This document shows, one piece after another, positions 10,424 to 20,939 of a stretch of DNA of 64,000 nt. The position numbers and the translations under genes were made by a program. Under the pieces are notes generated by a model, which saw only the letters and a program-made list of their open reading frames with translations, was not told the origin of the DNA and ran no database searches. Every line of letters starts with the position of its first letter. Within the stretch, counting starts at the first letter, position 1. This DNA comes from Marinibacterium sp. (GTDB lineage: Bacteria > Pseudomonadota > Alphaproteobacteria > Rhodobacterales > Rhodobacteraceae), in contig JAXMOA010000021.1 of assembly GCA_034670145.1 (NCBI GenBank), forward strand, positions 6,240-70,239, read 5' to 3'.

Positions 10424-13400
10424 TCATGCCGCCACCGTCTGTTTCGCCAGAATTTTGCCCCGCAGTTCAGCACGCTGGGCCTCCACCGCCTTCGCATGTC
10501 GTTCACGTACGTGACCGTACCCGCGAATATGTTCGGGCAAATCCAGCAATTTGGTCAAATCGGCCGCGTGATGCGCAGACCAGTTGTCCAGCGCAAAGTC
10601 GATGTCGGCCTTGTATTCTTCGAGTAGTTTGCGGGCCAAAACAGCCTCGGAATTATTGCGAAACGGATCCGCGACAGTGCCACGCAAAAAACGCATCCGG
10701 TTCAACAGGCCGAAAAAGCGCATCGCAGTCTTGCCCTTGACCGCGCCCTTGACCATCTTGCCCGTCTTTTCGTCCTTGCCACCATAAGGCCAGGCGCCGA
10801 AATAAAAGGTCAGATCCATTTCGCCATCAAAGGTTTCGCGCAGAGACGCCTGAAAGGATGGTTTGGAGTAAAGCCGCGCCACTTCCCATTCGTCTTTCAC
10901 AGCCATCAACTTGTATAGCCCTCGCGCAACCGCCTTGACGGCCTCGCTGCTCAACCCGGCGTTCCGGGTCCGCTCAACGGTGTCGGTATAGATCCGGGCA
11001 AAACCAGCGTCCTTGTAAGACGTCAACTCAGCGGCGCGTTTGGAGACAAGCTCCTCCAGCGATGGCGCCCTTACCGCGCTCAGATCAATGGGGGCATTCC
11101 CCCCGGCAAGGCGCCTTGCGGCCTCTGGATCTTCCATAGCCAGCCGACCCAGATCAAAGGCCTGCTTGTTCTTGTCGATCGCCACACCATTCAGCTCAAT
11201 CGCGCGGTGAATTGCCGCCAACGACAATGGTATGCCACCTTGCTGCCAGGCCGCGCCCAGCAAAACCACATTGGCAAAAACCCTGTCACCCATGATCCGC
11301 TCTGCCAGGTCCTGCGCGTCCATCGCCCGCGCATCATCCCCCAGAATCCGGGTCAGCCGTTCCATCTGTTCTGCACCGGAAAGCTGCCAGTCGGGGTTTT
11401 GGGAAAACTCCGAAGTCGGCACAACTGTTGTATCTGTCACCGCAACCGACTTTCCCGGGATCAGCTTGAGCAGCGCCTCATCCCCGGCCGCCACGACCAG
11501 ATCGCAACCGATCAACGCGTCGGCCTCGTTGGTGGCAATCCGCGTGGCGCGCATCTGCTCGGGGCTTGCGGCGATCTTGATATGCGAATGCACGGCGCCA
11601 TACTTCTGGGCCAACCCGGTGATATCAAGGTTCGAGGCGAAATACCCGTCCGCATGAGCGGCCACAGCCAAAGTCTGACCAATGGTCACCACCCCCGCGC
11701 CGCCGATGCCCGAGACAAGAATTGACCATGACCCGTCGATAGGCCGCAATGTCGGGTCAGGCAGATGCGACACATCAATCGACACAGCGTCGCGTTGCAC
11801 CTTGCGTGGGCTTGCCCCCGTAACCGTTACAAATGAAGGGCAAAACCCTTCAACGCAGGAAAAATCCTTGTTGCAGGATGATTGGTTGATCTTGCGCTTG
11901 CGGCCAAATTCGGTCTCCAGCGGTTCAATCGCCATACAGCCCGAAACGGTAGAACAATCACCGCATCCTTCGCAAACCTCCGGGTTGATAAATGCGCGTT
12001 TGTCCGGATCGACCCATTTTCCACGTTTGCGCAACCTGCGGCGTTCCGTGGCACATGGCTGATCATAGATGATGACCGAAACGCCCGGCTGCTCGCGCAT
12101 TTGGGTCTGCACCAGCTCCAATTCGGTTCGCGGATGCAGCGTAACACCAACCCCCAGCGCCTTGCCCTCGTAGGTCTCAGGTTCGTCCGCGACCAGCGCG
12201 ATACGCTCGACCCCCTCTGCCCTGAGCTGTTCGATCATCTGCAACGGATTGATCTCGCCGTCATGAGGCTGACCACCCGTCATCGAAACAAAGCCGTTGT
12301 GCAACAGTTTGTAGGTCATCGGTGCGCCTGCGGCGACCGCCGCGCGGATCGCCATCATACCAGAGTGGAAATAGGTGCCGTCACCCATATTGGCAAAAAC
12401 ATGGGCCTCCTCCGTGAATGGGAACTGACCCAGCCACATCGCCCCTTCGCCACCCATGTGACTGACAGAATTGGTCTTCAACGGGTCCCGCATCATTGCC
12501 ATCGTGTGGCAGCCAATACCGGCAAGGGCACGGCTCCCATCCACCACCTGGGTCGAGCGTCCGTGCGGACAGCCCGCACAGAACGACGGAGCCCGGACCG
12601 CCCCTGATCCAAGCGCAGGCGGCGCCTCCGGTCTGTTAGGCGTCGCGATCCCGCAATCCGGATCCGTTTCCCGTGCGACCCGCACCAGGACATCACTAAT
12701 CAGGCCCGGATTGATTTCGCCAAAGTTCGGAAAGGCACAGCCCTCGGCGTCAGGCGCATAGGCCTGCCCATCGAATGTTTTGCCCACAATGCGAGGGGTA
12801 AAACCCGAACCGTACAAAATGCTGCGGATCTGATCTTCCAGCAGCGGCCGCTTTTCCTCGACCACCAGGATTGTCTCCAATCCATCGGCAAATTCCGTGA
12901 TCGCCTTGGCATCCAGAGGCCAGACCATCCCGACCTTCAACCGGCGCACCTCCAGGTTCGCAATCCTGCCATTGCGATATCCCAGTCCGTCCAGCGCCTG
13001 ATTAAGGTCCTGCCAGGCCTTGCCCGCCGCAACGATACCAATCCGGGCCTCGGCAGAACCGTCAATCTGGTTCAGCCCATTTGCCCCCGCATACTCCAAC
13101 ACCTTTTTCAGCTTCACATCCCACAACAAGCGCTCTTGTTCAGGGATCGGTGTAAACGGCTTGATCGACGTGTCCGGCCCAGAGTTTTCCGGCAAAACGA
13201 TCTCTGGGCTGTCTGGCGCGACATAAACCGAACCACCCCCTTCGACCACATCGGTCACCAGCTTCATTCCCACAAGGACAGAGCTATAGCGGCTCATCGC
13301 GATGCCATGCAGCCCCATGTCCAGCACATCCTGGGCATTGGCTGGCGCCAGCAATGGCATGCCCAGCGACGCAAAATTGAGATCCGAGTAGCAAGCCAAA

Positions 13401-13882
13401 GTAGAAGACTTGGCCCCGTGGTCATCCCCGACCAGCAACAACGTTCCACCCTTGGGATTGGTCCCAGCCAGGTTTGCATGGCGCAACGGGTCCATCGATC
13501 GGTCCATGCCCGGTGCCTTGCCATACCAGATCGAAAACACACCATCGACCTTGGCCCCCGGAAACAGCCCCACCTGCTGTGCGCCCCATGTGGCTGTCGC
13601 GGCAAGGTCTTCGTTCACGCCTGGCTGAAAATACACATTGTGCGCCTTCAACTCGGCCTCAGCCTGCCAAAGATTCATATCATAAGTGCCGACCGGCGAC
13701 CCACGATACCCAGAAATGTAACCGCCTGTGTTCAAGCCCGCCGCCGCATCCCGCTTGCGTTGCTGAAGCGGCAAGCGCACCAGGGCCTGCATCCCAGTCA
13801 TATAGACCCAGCCTTCTTCCTGATGAAGCCGGTCTTCCAAGGTCATTTCAAGGCGCTTGGTCGGCAGGTGTTCAGTCATCAA
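10424..13882 (-). CDS. indolepyruvate/2-oxoacid:ferredoxin oxidoreductase family protein (fused alpha-beta, about 1150 aa type)
   Basis: 1152-aa ORF with a TPP-enzyme-like N-terminal half, 4Fe-4S Cys clusters (CEGCGDC...; C..DFSCVEGFCPS) and a C-terminal IOR-beta-like region. Confidence 0.85.
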   Translation of the reverse strand: MMTEHLPTKRLEMTLEDRLHQEEGWVYMTGMQALVRLPLQQRKRDAAAGLNTGGYISGYRGSPVGTYDMNLWQAEAELKAHNVYFQPGVNEDLAATATWGAQQVGLFPGAKVDGVFSIWYGKAPGMDRSMDPLRHANLAGTNPKGGTLLLVGDDHGAKSSTLACYSDLNFASLGMPLLAPANAQDVLDMGLHGIAMSRYSSVLVGMKLVTDVVEGGGSVYVAPDSPEIVLPENSGPDTSIKPFTPIPEQERLLWDVKLKKVLEYAGANGLNQIDGSAEARIGIVAAGKAWQDLNQALDGLGYRNGRIANLEVRRLKVGMVWPLDAKAITEFADGLETILVVEEKRPLLEDQIRSILYGSGFTPRIVGKTFDGQAYAPDAEGCAFPNFGEINPGLISDVLVRVARETDPDCGIATPNRPEAPPALGSGAVRAPSFCAGCPHGRSTQVVDGSRALAGIGCHTMAMMRDPLKTNSVSHMGGEGAMWLGQFPFTEEAHVFANMGDGTYFHSGMMAIRAAVAAGAPMTYKLLHNGFVSMTGGQPHDGEINPLQMIEQLRAEGVERIALVADEPETYEGKALGVGVTLHPRTELELVQTQMREQPGVSVIIYDQPCATERRRLRKRGKWVDPDKRAFINPEVCEGCGDCSTVSGCMAIEPLETEFGRKRKINQSSCNKDFSCVEGFCPSFVTVTGASPRKVQRDAVSIDVSHLPDPTLRPIDGSWSILVSGIGGAGVVTIGQTLAVAAHADGYFASNLDITGLAQKYGAVHSHIKIAASPEQMRATRIATNEADALIGCDLVVAAGDEALLKLIPGKSVAVTDTTVVPTSEFSQNPDWQLSGAEQMERLTRILGDDARAMDAQDLAERIMGDRVFANVVLLGAAWQQGGIPLSLAAIHRAIELNGVAIDKNKQAFDLGRLAMEDPEAARRLAGGNAPIDLSAVRAPSLEELVSKRAAELTSYKDAGFARIYTDTVERTRNAGLSSEAVKAVARGLYKLMAVKDEWEVARLYSKPSFQASLRETFDGEMDLTFYFGAWPYGGKDEKTGKMVKGAVKGKTAMRFFGLLNRMRFLRGTVADPFRNNSEAVLARKLLEEYKADIDFALDNWSAHHAADLTKLLDLPEHIRGYGHVRERHAKAVEAQRAELRGKILAKQTVAA

Positions 13883-14140
13883 AATTCTCCTTGGTCCGGC
13901 CAGAGCGGGCCAGCAGCACTACAGGGACATCGGGGGGCGAAACGCGGATCAACAGCATGGTCCACAACGCACAGATTGGACCACCTTCGCCTTTGGGGTG
14001 CGCTCGGCATAGCACCCAGCGCGCCAGCAACGGCCTGTGTGTTGAAGATTGTCATTCTGTCTCTTCCCTGCCCCAACGGGCACCCTCGGAACCAGCATGA
14101 AACAATTCATTCATTCGCAAAAGTATATTTTTTGATATAT

Positions 14141-14156
14141 TTCATTTTCAAATGAA
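14141..14156. promoter_or_regulatory. AT-rich dyad, candidate LysR-type operator
   Basis: TTCATTT-tc-AAATGAA (7-bp perfect arms) in the AT-rich intergenic region between the IOR gene and the divergent LysR gene. Related half-sites (aattcatt) recur nearby. Confidence 0.4.
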
Positions 14157-14246
14157 TTACTTATTGAAATCAATTCATTTTTCCGGAAACCTCCCATCAA
14201 CCAACGATGATGACGTGGCGTCAAACCCGAAACGGCAGATCCAGAC

Positions 14247-15179
14247 ATGTTGAACCTGACTCAACTGCATCACTTCAAACTGGTCGCCCAAGAGGGCAGT
14301 TTTGCCCGCGCTGCCGATATCGCGAATATCACGCAGCCCGCGCTCAGCAACTCCATCCGCAGCCTTGAAAAACGGCTTGGTTTCCAGTTGTTCGAAAGAT
14401 CGCAGCGCCCCATCAAGCTGACCAATGACGCCAAGAACATCCTGCCACATGTGGATGCTGTATTGTTCGAGGTCCGAAATCTGGACCAGGCTCTGAGCAA
14501 CCTTGCATCAGGTCAGGGCGGACATATCCGGGTCGGAACAACGGCTGTCTATTCGACCTCAATGGGCGGCTCGATTATTGCAGAATGGCACAATGCCCAC
14601 CCAAACGTGAATCTCGATCTCGTCGTTCAGGAAACGGTCGACCTGATCGAAGGTCTGCGTGATGAAAGCTTTGACCTCATTGTCGGGGACTCACGCGACC
14701 TGCAAACAGATAGCGACGATCTGGAGCTGATCGAACTGCCCGCGCAATCAGGGGGTGCCTTCTGTCGCGCAGACCATCCCATCCTCCAGATCCGCCATCC
14801 ACAGCCCGCTGATCTGGCAAGATATCATTTTGCAGGCACCCATTTTCCAGCAGAAGTCACCAAAGCCTTTGCGCGGTTCATCGGTCGCGACACCCTGGGT
14901 TCAGAGCCGATCATGTCCATAAACAGCCACAACATCGCCGCCTTGCGCGAAGCGGTTGCCGAAAATGACCTAATCCTGTTGACCACCCCCGGATCCGTGC
15001 GCAGCGCATTGGAGCTCGGGACGCTCAAACAGATCCCGATCGAGTTGCAGATAGAGGGCGTCTGGTCCATCGTTACCCGGCGCGGCAGAGTACAACATCG
15101 TGCAGTCCAACACCTGATCGCAAAGATCATTGAAATCAGCCAACGCGACAGCGATCACCATCAAACGCCTCAGGCTTAA
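14247..15179 (+). CDS. LysR-family transcriptional regulator
   Basis: N-terminal wHTH LTQLHHFKLVAQEGSFARAADIANITQPALSNSIRSLEKRLG plus a LysR substrate-binding region. Confidence 0.9.
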   Translation: MLNLTQLHHFKLVAQEGSFARAADIANITQPALSNSIRSLEKRLGFQLFERSQRPIKLTNDAKNILPHVDAVLFEVRNLDQALSNLASGQGGHIRVGTTAVYSTSMGGSIIAEWHNAHPNVNLDLVVQETVDLIEGLRDESFDLIVGDSRDLQTDSDDLELIELPAQSGGAFCRADHPILQIRHPQPADLARYHFAGTHFPAEVTKAFARFIGRDTLGSEPIMSINSHNIAALREAVAENDLILLTTPGSVRSALELGTLKQIPIELQIEGVWSIVTRRGRVQHRAVQHLIAKIIEISQRDSDHHQTPQA

Positions 15180-15204
15180 CAAACATTGAAAGATACTGTT
15201 CCCG

Positions 15205-16128
15205 CTAAGGAGCCGGGTGTTTTTGCCGCTCTATGGTCAGCCGGCGCACCGCACCGTCCCGCAAAAAGGCAACCTCATCCAGCACAGCCTGCGGATTGAG
15301 AAACACATTGGGTTCGCCCGTTTTGCGCGCCGCGTGCAGCTGACGGTTCTCTTCCAGGTTGGCTGAAAATCCATGCATCGTCAGGTGAACCATCACAGGG
15401 TCATCCGGATCTTTGACCAATCCCGCGATGCGGTCCACACTGTCGATAAAGGCCTCGACCTGATCCGGGCCTTCAATCGCGTTCAGGCCCAAACCCCCAA
15501 CCGTGATCGCCCGATGACGCCCCCCAAGGTCGAAGACATCATAAAGATAAGACGCCGTGCCCCAAGTGTGACCCGGCGTTTCGATGGCCGTAAAGCGGGC
15601 ATCGCCGCAAATGATTGAATCCCGGTCCGCCAGCACAATTTCGGTTTCAACCATTTCATACGCATTGGGCGTACCGCGCCACTTTTCGACATCCGCTCCG
15701 GTTTCGTCCCAACCCTTCTGCGTCATCGCAAATTTGGCATTTGGCAATAATGGCTTTAGCCGCGCGGCGCCGCCGACATGATCAAAATGCCCGTGGGTCA
15801 TCAAGACGTAGTGAATATCGGCCAGTTCTATTCCCGTAGCGCGGATATTCTCGATCAACTGATCCACATGCGGACCGTAAAGCGTGTCGATCAACACCGC
15901 CCCTTCCGAGGTTTCAACCAACCAGGCCGAAACCCAACACACGCCAACGAAATGCACATTGTCAAATGGCTTCCACGGCGCAATGAACTGTGCGTCCGGA
16001 TCGTCCAGCCACTTTGCCAAATCCCGGGGCATCATACCCGACTTGCCGAATTCAACAAATTTCTGAAGGATTTCCGCCGAACAGCAGCCCGCAATAGGGT
16101 GTTGGTCGGTATGAGAGGATTCTGACAT
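15205..16128 (-). CDS. MBL-fold metallo-hydrolase
   Basis: HxHxDH motif (THGHFDHVGG) plus downstream His/Asp ligands. Confidence 0.85.
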   Translation of the reverse strand: MSESSHTDQHPIAGCCSAEILQKFVEFGKSGMMPRDLAKWLDDPDAQFIAPWKPFDNVHFVGVCWVSAWLVETSEGAVLIDTLYGPHVDQLIENIRATGIELADIHYVLMTHGHFDHVGGAARLKPLLPNAKFAMTQKGWDETGADVEKWRGTPNAYEMVETEIVLADRDSIICGDARFTAIETPGHTWGTASYLYDVFDLGGRHRAITVGGLGLNAIEGPDQVEAFIDSVDRIAGLVKDPDDPVMVHLTMHGFSANLEENRQLHAARKTGEPNVFLNPQAVLDEVAFLRDGAVRRLTIERQKHPAP

Positions 16129-16286
16129 GACGGCGCGTCTTCTTTTGTTGAGGTTTCGATCCGGTACTTCAATGGCCTATGAGGGGCCTCCAGGGCGAAC
16201 TCCGCTTCCTTCATCCTGCCTCTGCGATGCCGCTGTTTCAAGCCGACGAGGCCTCCTCCCACACATCAGAGGCGCAGCACCCAACG

Positions 16287-17039
16287 CTACTGTCGCAAAG
16301 CAGGCAGCCCGACACCCGTCGCTTCAAAACCACCATCCGCCGCAATAATCTGACCAGTGATGTAACTGGCCTTGTCCGAACACAGAAAGGCAATGGTTTC
16401 TCCCAGCTCGGCCTCGGTTCCATACCGGTTCAGAGGAATCGCATCATGATAGGCATCAATGATGTCCTGAGAATGCACTGCCATTGCCAGCTTGGTGCGC
16501 ACCGGCCCGGGGCAAACACAATTCACCCGAATACCGGCCTCCCCCAACTCCGCAGCTTGTTGTTTGGTCAAATGGATCAAGGCGGCCTTTGACGTGCCAT
16601 AGGCGACGCGCAAGGTCGAGGCGCGCAGGCCAGAAATTGACGCGATATTCACAATGCAGCCCCTAGTCTGTTTCAACGCCGGCGTGACCGCCTGCGAAAC
16701 CAGAAACGTACCATCCAGATTGGAGGCCATGGTTTCGCGCCATTCTTCGAAACTGGTCGTCTCAATTGGGCCGAACGCAGCAACCCCAGCGTTGTTGACC
16801 ACCGCATCGATCTGCCCAAAAGCCGCCAAAACAGCCTTTGTCATCTCGTCAACCTGATGAGGGTTCGAGATGTCGCATTCAAATGCCTGCGCGTTTTCAA
16901 GGTCTTCGGCTGCCGTGTGCAACGCCTCCACATCACGGTCAACCATGGCAACCTGCCAACCTGCATCAATCAAGATTTTTGTCGTGGCAAGTCCGATGCC
17001 GCGCGCGGCACCCGTCACAATAGCAATTTTATCATTCAT
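16287..17039 (-). CDS. SDR-family oxidoreductase
   Basis: TGAARGIG cofactor motif and YGTSK catalytic motif. I prefer the internal ATG at 17039 (MNDKIAIVTG...) over the ORF-track start at 17108. Confidence 0.85.
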   Translation of the reverse strand: MNDKIAIVTGAARGIGLATTKILIDAGWQVAMVDRDVEALHTAAEDLENAQAFECDISNPHQVDEMTKAVLAAFGQIDAVVNNAGVAAFGPIETTSFEEWRETMASNLDGTFLVSQAVTPALKQTRGCIVNIASISGLRASTLRVAYGTSKAALIHLTKQQAAELGEAGIRVNCVCPGPVRTKLAMAVHSQDIIDAYHDAIPLNRYGTEAELGETIAFLCSDKASYITGQIIAADGGFEATGVGLPALRQ

Positions 17040-17268
17040 AGGCCGGACGCTACCGGCTTCTCTGATCCGCTTCAACTCCGATCCTTGGCCCAGAACAGAC
17101 ATGCGCAAAATGAATCAGGCGCAGCCATTGCCATGCGTATCGGCCAGCTCATCTTCATGTTCGCCTGTTTCAGTTTTCCATGCAGACAGCGCGCGGCGGG
17201 GGCTGACATAAACGGCAACCCCCAGGTTTGATGAAAATCGTTTTGGAACCAGACGTCCGCCGCAGGCC

Positions 17269-18975
17269 CTAAGTTTCTCCCAAAAGATCCATGCGGGGCA
17301 TCAGATCCAGCAGGTGGCGCGAATAGTCATGCTTGGGCGCACTGAACAATCTTTCGGTCTCGGATACCTCACAGATGCTGCCATGGCGCATCACAGCGAT
17401 CCGATCACACATCTGCCGCACAACCGGCAGGTCATGGCTGATGAACAGCATCGTCAGACCCAGCTCCTGTTGCAGATCCTTCAACAGGTTGAGGATCGTC
17501 GCCTGCACCGAAACATCCAGCGCCGAGGTCGGTTCATCACAAATCAGAATGCGCGGCCGCGATGCCAGCGCGCGGGCAATCGAGATGCGTTGGCGTTGGC
17601 CGCCAGAAAACTCATGCGGATAACGCAGCGCCGCTTTGGCCCCCAAACCCACATGATCCAACAGTTCCCCAACAATCTGGCGGGTCTCGGCCTCCGTCTT
17701 GGTCAGCCGATAAAACCGTATCGGTTCAGCCACAATATCCAGCACCCGCATCCGCGCGTTCAGCGATGAATAAGGATCCTGAAAAATCATCTGCACCGCG
17801 CGCCGTGCCGCCCGCGCCGCCGCACTCTTGGGACGAGAGCTGACATCCTCGCCATTGACCCGCACAGTTCCGGAATCCTGCCGATACAACCCCGTGATCA
17901 AACGCGCCACAGTCGATTTCCCCGAGCCGGACTCTCCAACCAGCCCGAAAGTTTCCCCCTCGGACACCACAAACGAAACATTGTCGACGGCCTTCAGCAT
18001 CTTGCGATTCTGCTTCAAAACCGCCTTTTGTAGCACAAATGAAAGGTTCAGATTTTCGACTTCAACAGCCGGTCCTGTCTTGCGTTCACGCAGCGACTGT
18101 CCCAACCAATGCGTCTGAATATCGATCCTTTTAAACGGCGTTGTCCCACCTTCAATGTAGTCCACCGAAGAAAACCGATCCAACTTGCGATCCGCACGGG
18201 GAACCGCCGCAATCAGTGACTTGGTGTATTCATGTTCTGGTGCGCCCAGGATCTGCGCAACATCGCCGGTTTCCACCACCTCGCCACGATACATCACAGC
18301 AACACGATCCGCGATATTTGCAATCACACCAATATCATGGGTGACGATGATCACACCCAGATCGCGCTCACGGCAGAGCCGTTTGATCAGATCGAGTATC
18401 TGCGCCTGAATAGACACATCCAGCGCAGTGGTAGGCTCATCCGCGATGATCAGGTCAGGGTCTCCAGCCAACGCCAGTGCAATCACCACCCGTTGGCGCA
18501 TCCCCCCCGAAAACTGGTGCGGATAAGCCGAAAGCCGCGCCTTTGCTTCGGTGATGCCCACCTGCTCCAGCAGTTCAATGGCCCGTTTCTCGGCCTCGGA
18601 TCCGCTCAGATCATTGGTCTTTTCAATCGTCTCTATCAACTGTCCGCCAATGGTCATCAACGGATTCAGCGACGTCTGGGGATCCTGAAAGATCATCCCG
18701 ATCCGGTCGCCGCGCACGCGACGCATTTCGGCTTCGCTGCGCCCACGCAGTTCTTCGCCTTCAAACAGGATTGACCCGGCACTCACCCGCCCCGGAGCGA
18801 CCAAAAGATCTATAATCGCGTTCCCGATGGTTGACTTGCCCGCACCGGACTCCCCCACCAAACCCAGAACCTCACCCGGGCTCACCGTTAGATTGACACC
18901 ACGGGCCGCACGTACAGTACCGCGGCGGGTCGGAAACTCGACATCAAGGTCGGTTATCTTGAGAAGCTCAGTCAT
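17269..18975 (-). CDS. peptide/nickel-type ABC transporter, fused double ATP-binding protein (DppD-DppF-like)
   Basis: Two Walker A motifs ([18 protein letters not shown]) and two signature motifs ([16 protein letters not shown]). Overlaps the upstream permease by 4 nt. Confidence 0.92.
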   Translation of the reverse strand: MTELLKITDLDVEFPTRRGTVRAARGVNLTVSPGEVLGLVGESGAGKSTIGNAIIDLLVAPGRVSAGSILFEGEELRGRSEAEMRRVRGDRIGMIFQDPQTSLNPLMTIGGQLIETIEKTNDLSGSEAEKRAIELLEQVGITEAKARLSAYPHQFSGGMRQRVVIALALAGDPDLIIADEPTTALDVSIQAQILDLIKRLCRERDLGVIIVTHDIGVIANIADRVAVMYRGEVVETGDVAQILGAPEHEYTKSLIAAVPRADRKLDRFSSVDYIEGGTTPFKRIDIQTHWLGQSLRERKTGPAVEVENLNLSFVLQKAVLKQNRKMLKAVDNVSFVVSEGETFGLVGESGSGKSTVARLITGLYRQDSGTVRVNGEDVSSRPKSAAARAARRAVQMIFQDPYSSLNARMRVLDIVAEPIRFYRLTKTEAETRQIVGELLDHVGLGAKAALRYPHEFSGGQRQRISIARALASRPRILICDEPTSALDVSVQATILNLLKDLQQELGLTMLFISHDLPVVRQMCDRIAVMRHGSICEVSETERLFSAPKHDYSRHLLDLMPRMDLLGET

Positions 18976-19913
18976 CGCAGCTTTGGATTTAGGGCGTCAC
19001 GCATCCAGTCCCCCAGAAGATTGACGGCAAAGACAAGAACCACCAGTGCGATGGCCGGGAAAAAGGTGATCCACCAGAGTCCCGAAAACAGATACTCATT
19101 CCCCACCCGGATGAGCGTGCCTAGCGATGGGGTCGTCGGAGGTATGCCCTGCCCCAGAAACGACAGCGTCGCCTCGGCGATGATCGCCAACGCAAGCCCG
19201 ATCGTTGCGATCACCAGAACCGGGCGCAGCGTGTTGGGCAGAACATGGCGCACCATGATGAGCCAGGCAGGCAAGCCGATGATCCGTGCGGCCTGCACAT
19301 ATTCCTTGTTCGCCTCAACCATGGTCGCCCCTCTGGCAACGCGTGCAAACTGTGGCCAATCCGTCAGACCGATGGCGATAATGACAACATAGACGGCAAA
19401 TTCCTGGCGCAACTCCAGCGGCAAGAAAGCGCGCCCAATTCCATTGATCAAGATGGCCAGCAAAATCCCCGGGATCGTCAGTTGAACATCCGCAATACGC
19501 ATGATCACCGCATCTGTAACGCCGCCGACGTAACCCGAAATCACCCCCAGCGTCACACCCAACACCATACCCAGACAAACCGCCGCCAAGCCGACCAGGA
19601 TCGACAGACGCCCGCCATACAGAATTGTGGACAGCATATCGCGGCCCTGATTGTCAGTCCCCAGCAGATACTGCGGCTGGCCGCCCTCAACCCAGGCTGG
19701 CGGCAACTTGCCATCCCATAGCGAAATCTGGCTGGGATCAAACGGATCGAACGGCGCAATCAGTGGCGCGAAAACACAGGCAAGAATCGAGATCACAGTA
19801 ATCGCCGCAGCGATCATGGCCCCGGGTGAATGCAGGAACGACCATACAATATCGTTGTCCTTGAACCGCTCCCAGCGGGTCAAAGGACGGTCCTGAACGT
19901 GGTCTTGAGTCAT
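18972..19913 (-). CDS. peptide-type ABC transporter permease (DppC/OppC-like)
   Basis: 313-aa multi-TM ORF with operon position typical of DppC. Confidence 0.88.
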   Translation of the reverse strand: MTQDHVQDRPLTRWERFKDNDIVWSFLHSPGAMIAAAITVISILACVFAPLIAPFDPFDPSQISLWDGKLPPAWVEGGQPQYLLGTDNQGRDMLSTILYGGRLSILVGLAAVCLGMVLGVTLGVISGYVGGVTDAVIMRIADVQLTIPGILLAILINGIGRAFLPLELRQEFAVYVVIIAIGLTDWPQFARVARGATMVEANKEYVQAARIIGLPAWLIMVRHVLPNTLRPVLVIATIGLALAIIAEATLSFLGQGIPPTTPSLGTLIRVGNEYLFSGLWWITFFPAIALVVLVFAVNLLGDWMRDALNPKLR

Positions 19914-19918
19914 CCAGA

Positions 19919-20899
19919 TTAATCCCCCAGCCGGATACGCGGATCGACGACAAAATAGAGAATATCGACAACGAGGTTGATCAGAACGAACAACAAAGCG
20001 ACAAAAACCAGATAGGCCGCCATGATCGGTACATCGACAAAATCAACCGCTTGAATGAACATCAGCCCGGTTCCCGGCCACTGAAACACCGTTTCGGTGA
20101 TGACCGAAAAGGCAATCAGCCCGCCAATATTGAGGCCAATGATCGTGATCACCGGAACCAGCGTGTTGCGCAGCGCATGACGAAAATTGATCGCCCGTTC
20201 GGACAGCCCGCGCGCTCTGGCAAACTTGATAAAATCCGTTTGCATGACCTCTAGCATCTCTGCCCGCACAAGCCGCAATATCAACGTCAGCTGGAAGAGC
20301 GACAGCGTGATAGCCGGCAGGATAATGGCGCGCCAGCCATCCACCGTCAGCAACGATGTTTTCCACCAGCCCAGATCAACCGTACCGCTGCGCCCCGAAG
20401 ACGGCAGCCAACGCATATAGACGGCGAAAATATAGATCAGGCCAATCCCGATAATGAACGTCGGCAGGCTGACCCCTACCAGCGAAACGGACAAGATAAC
20501 GCGGCTCACCCATGATTTTCGCCTGATACCGGTGTAGACACCCAACCCGATCCCAACCACTAGAGCGATAATCGCGCTGACAAAAACCAGTTCCAGCGTC
20601 GCCGGCAGACGCTCCATGATCAACTGGTCAACGGGCCGCTTGATCCGGTAGCTCAGCCCGAAATCACCTTGCAGCATATTGCCCAGAAATCGCGTGTATT
20701 GCGTCAAAATCGGGTCATCCAGGCCCAGCTGTTCGCGGATTTCGATGCGTTGTTCGCGCGTGGCGTCCTGACCAACCATATTGTTGACCGGATCCCCGAC
20801 AAAATTGAACAACGAAAAGCTGACAGCCGACACGATGGCCATCACCAGCACGGACTGTGCCAGTCGCTTGAGGATGAAGAAAAACATATTGGGGGCCAA
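19919..20899 (-). CDS. peptide-type ABC transporter permease (DppB/OppB-like)
   Basis: N-terminus ...FILKRLAQSVLVMAIVSAVSFSLF... is typical of DppB/OppB. Start may be the ATG at 20887. Confidence 0.88.
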   Translation of the reverse strand: MAPNMFFFILKRLAQSVLVMAIVSAVSFSLFNFVGDPVNNMVGQDATREQRIEIREQLGLDDPILTQYTRFLGNMLQGDFGLSYRIKRPVDQLIMERLPATLELVFVSAIIALVVGIGLGVYTGIRRKSWVSRVILSVSLVGVSLPTFIIGIGLIYIFAVYMRWLPSSGRSGTVDLGWWKTSLLTVDGWRAIILPAITLSLFQLTLILRLVRAEMLEVMQTDFIKFARARGLSERAINFRHALRNTLVPVITIIGLNIGGLIAFSVITETVFQWPGTGLMFIQAVDFVDVPIMAAYLVFVALLFVLINLVVDILYFVVDPRIRLGD

Positions 20900-20939
20900 T
20901 CTATGCCAGGGCGGGATAAACCCCGCCCTGGCTGTTTGC

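Noticed and set aside
13136-14155. Long ORFs of 250-460 aa on the strand opposite well-supported genes. Examples: 13136..14155 +, 20781..22019 +, 23239..24453 +, 27066..28289 +, 28207..29499 +, 40856..41785 +, 43457..44398 -, 46269..47657 +, 47633..48628 +.
   Set aside because: These are typical high-GC shadow ORFs. Their translations are Arg/Pro/Gly/His-rich low-complexity strings with no motifs. Each overlaps a gene on the other strand that has clear family signatures.
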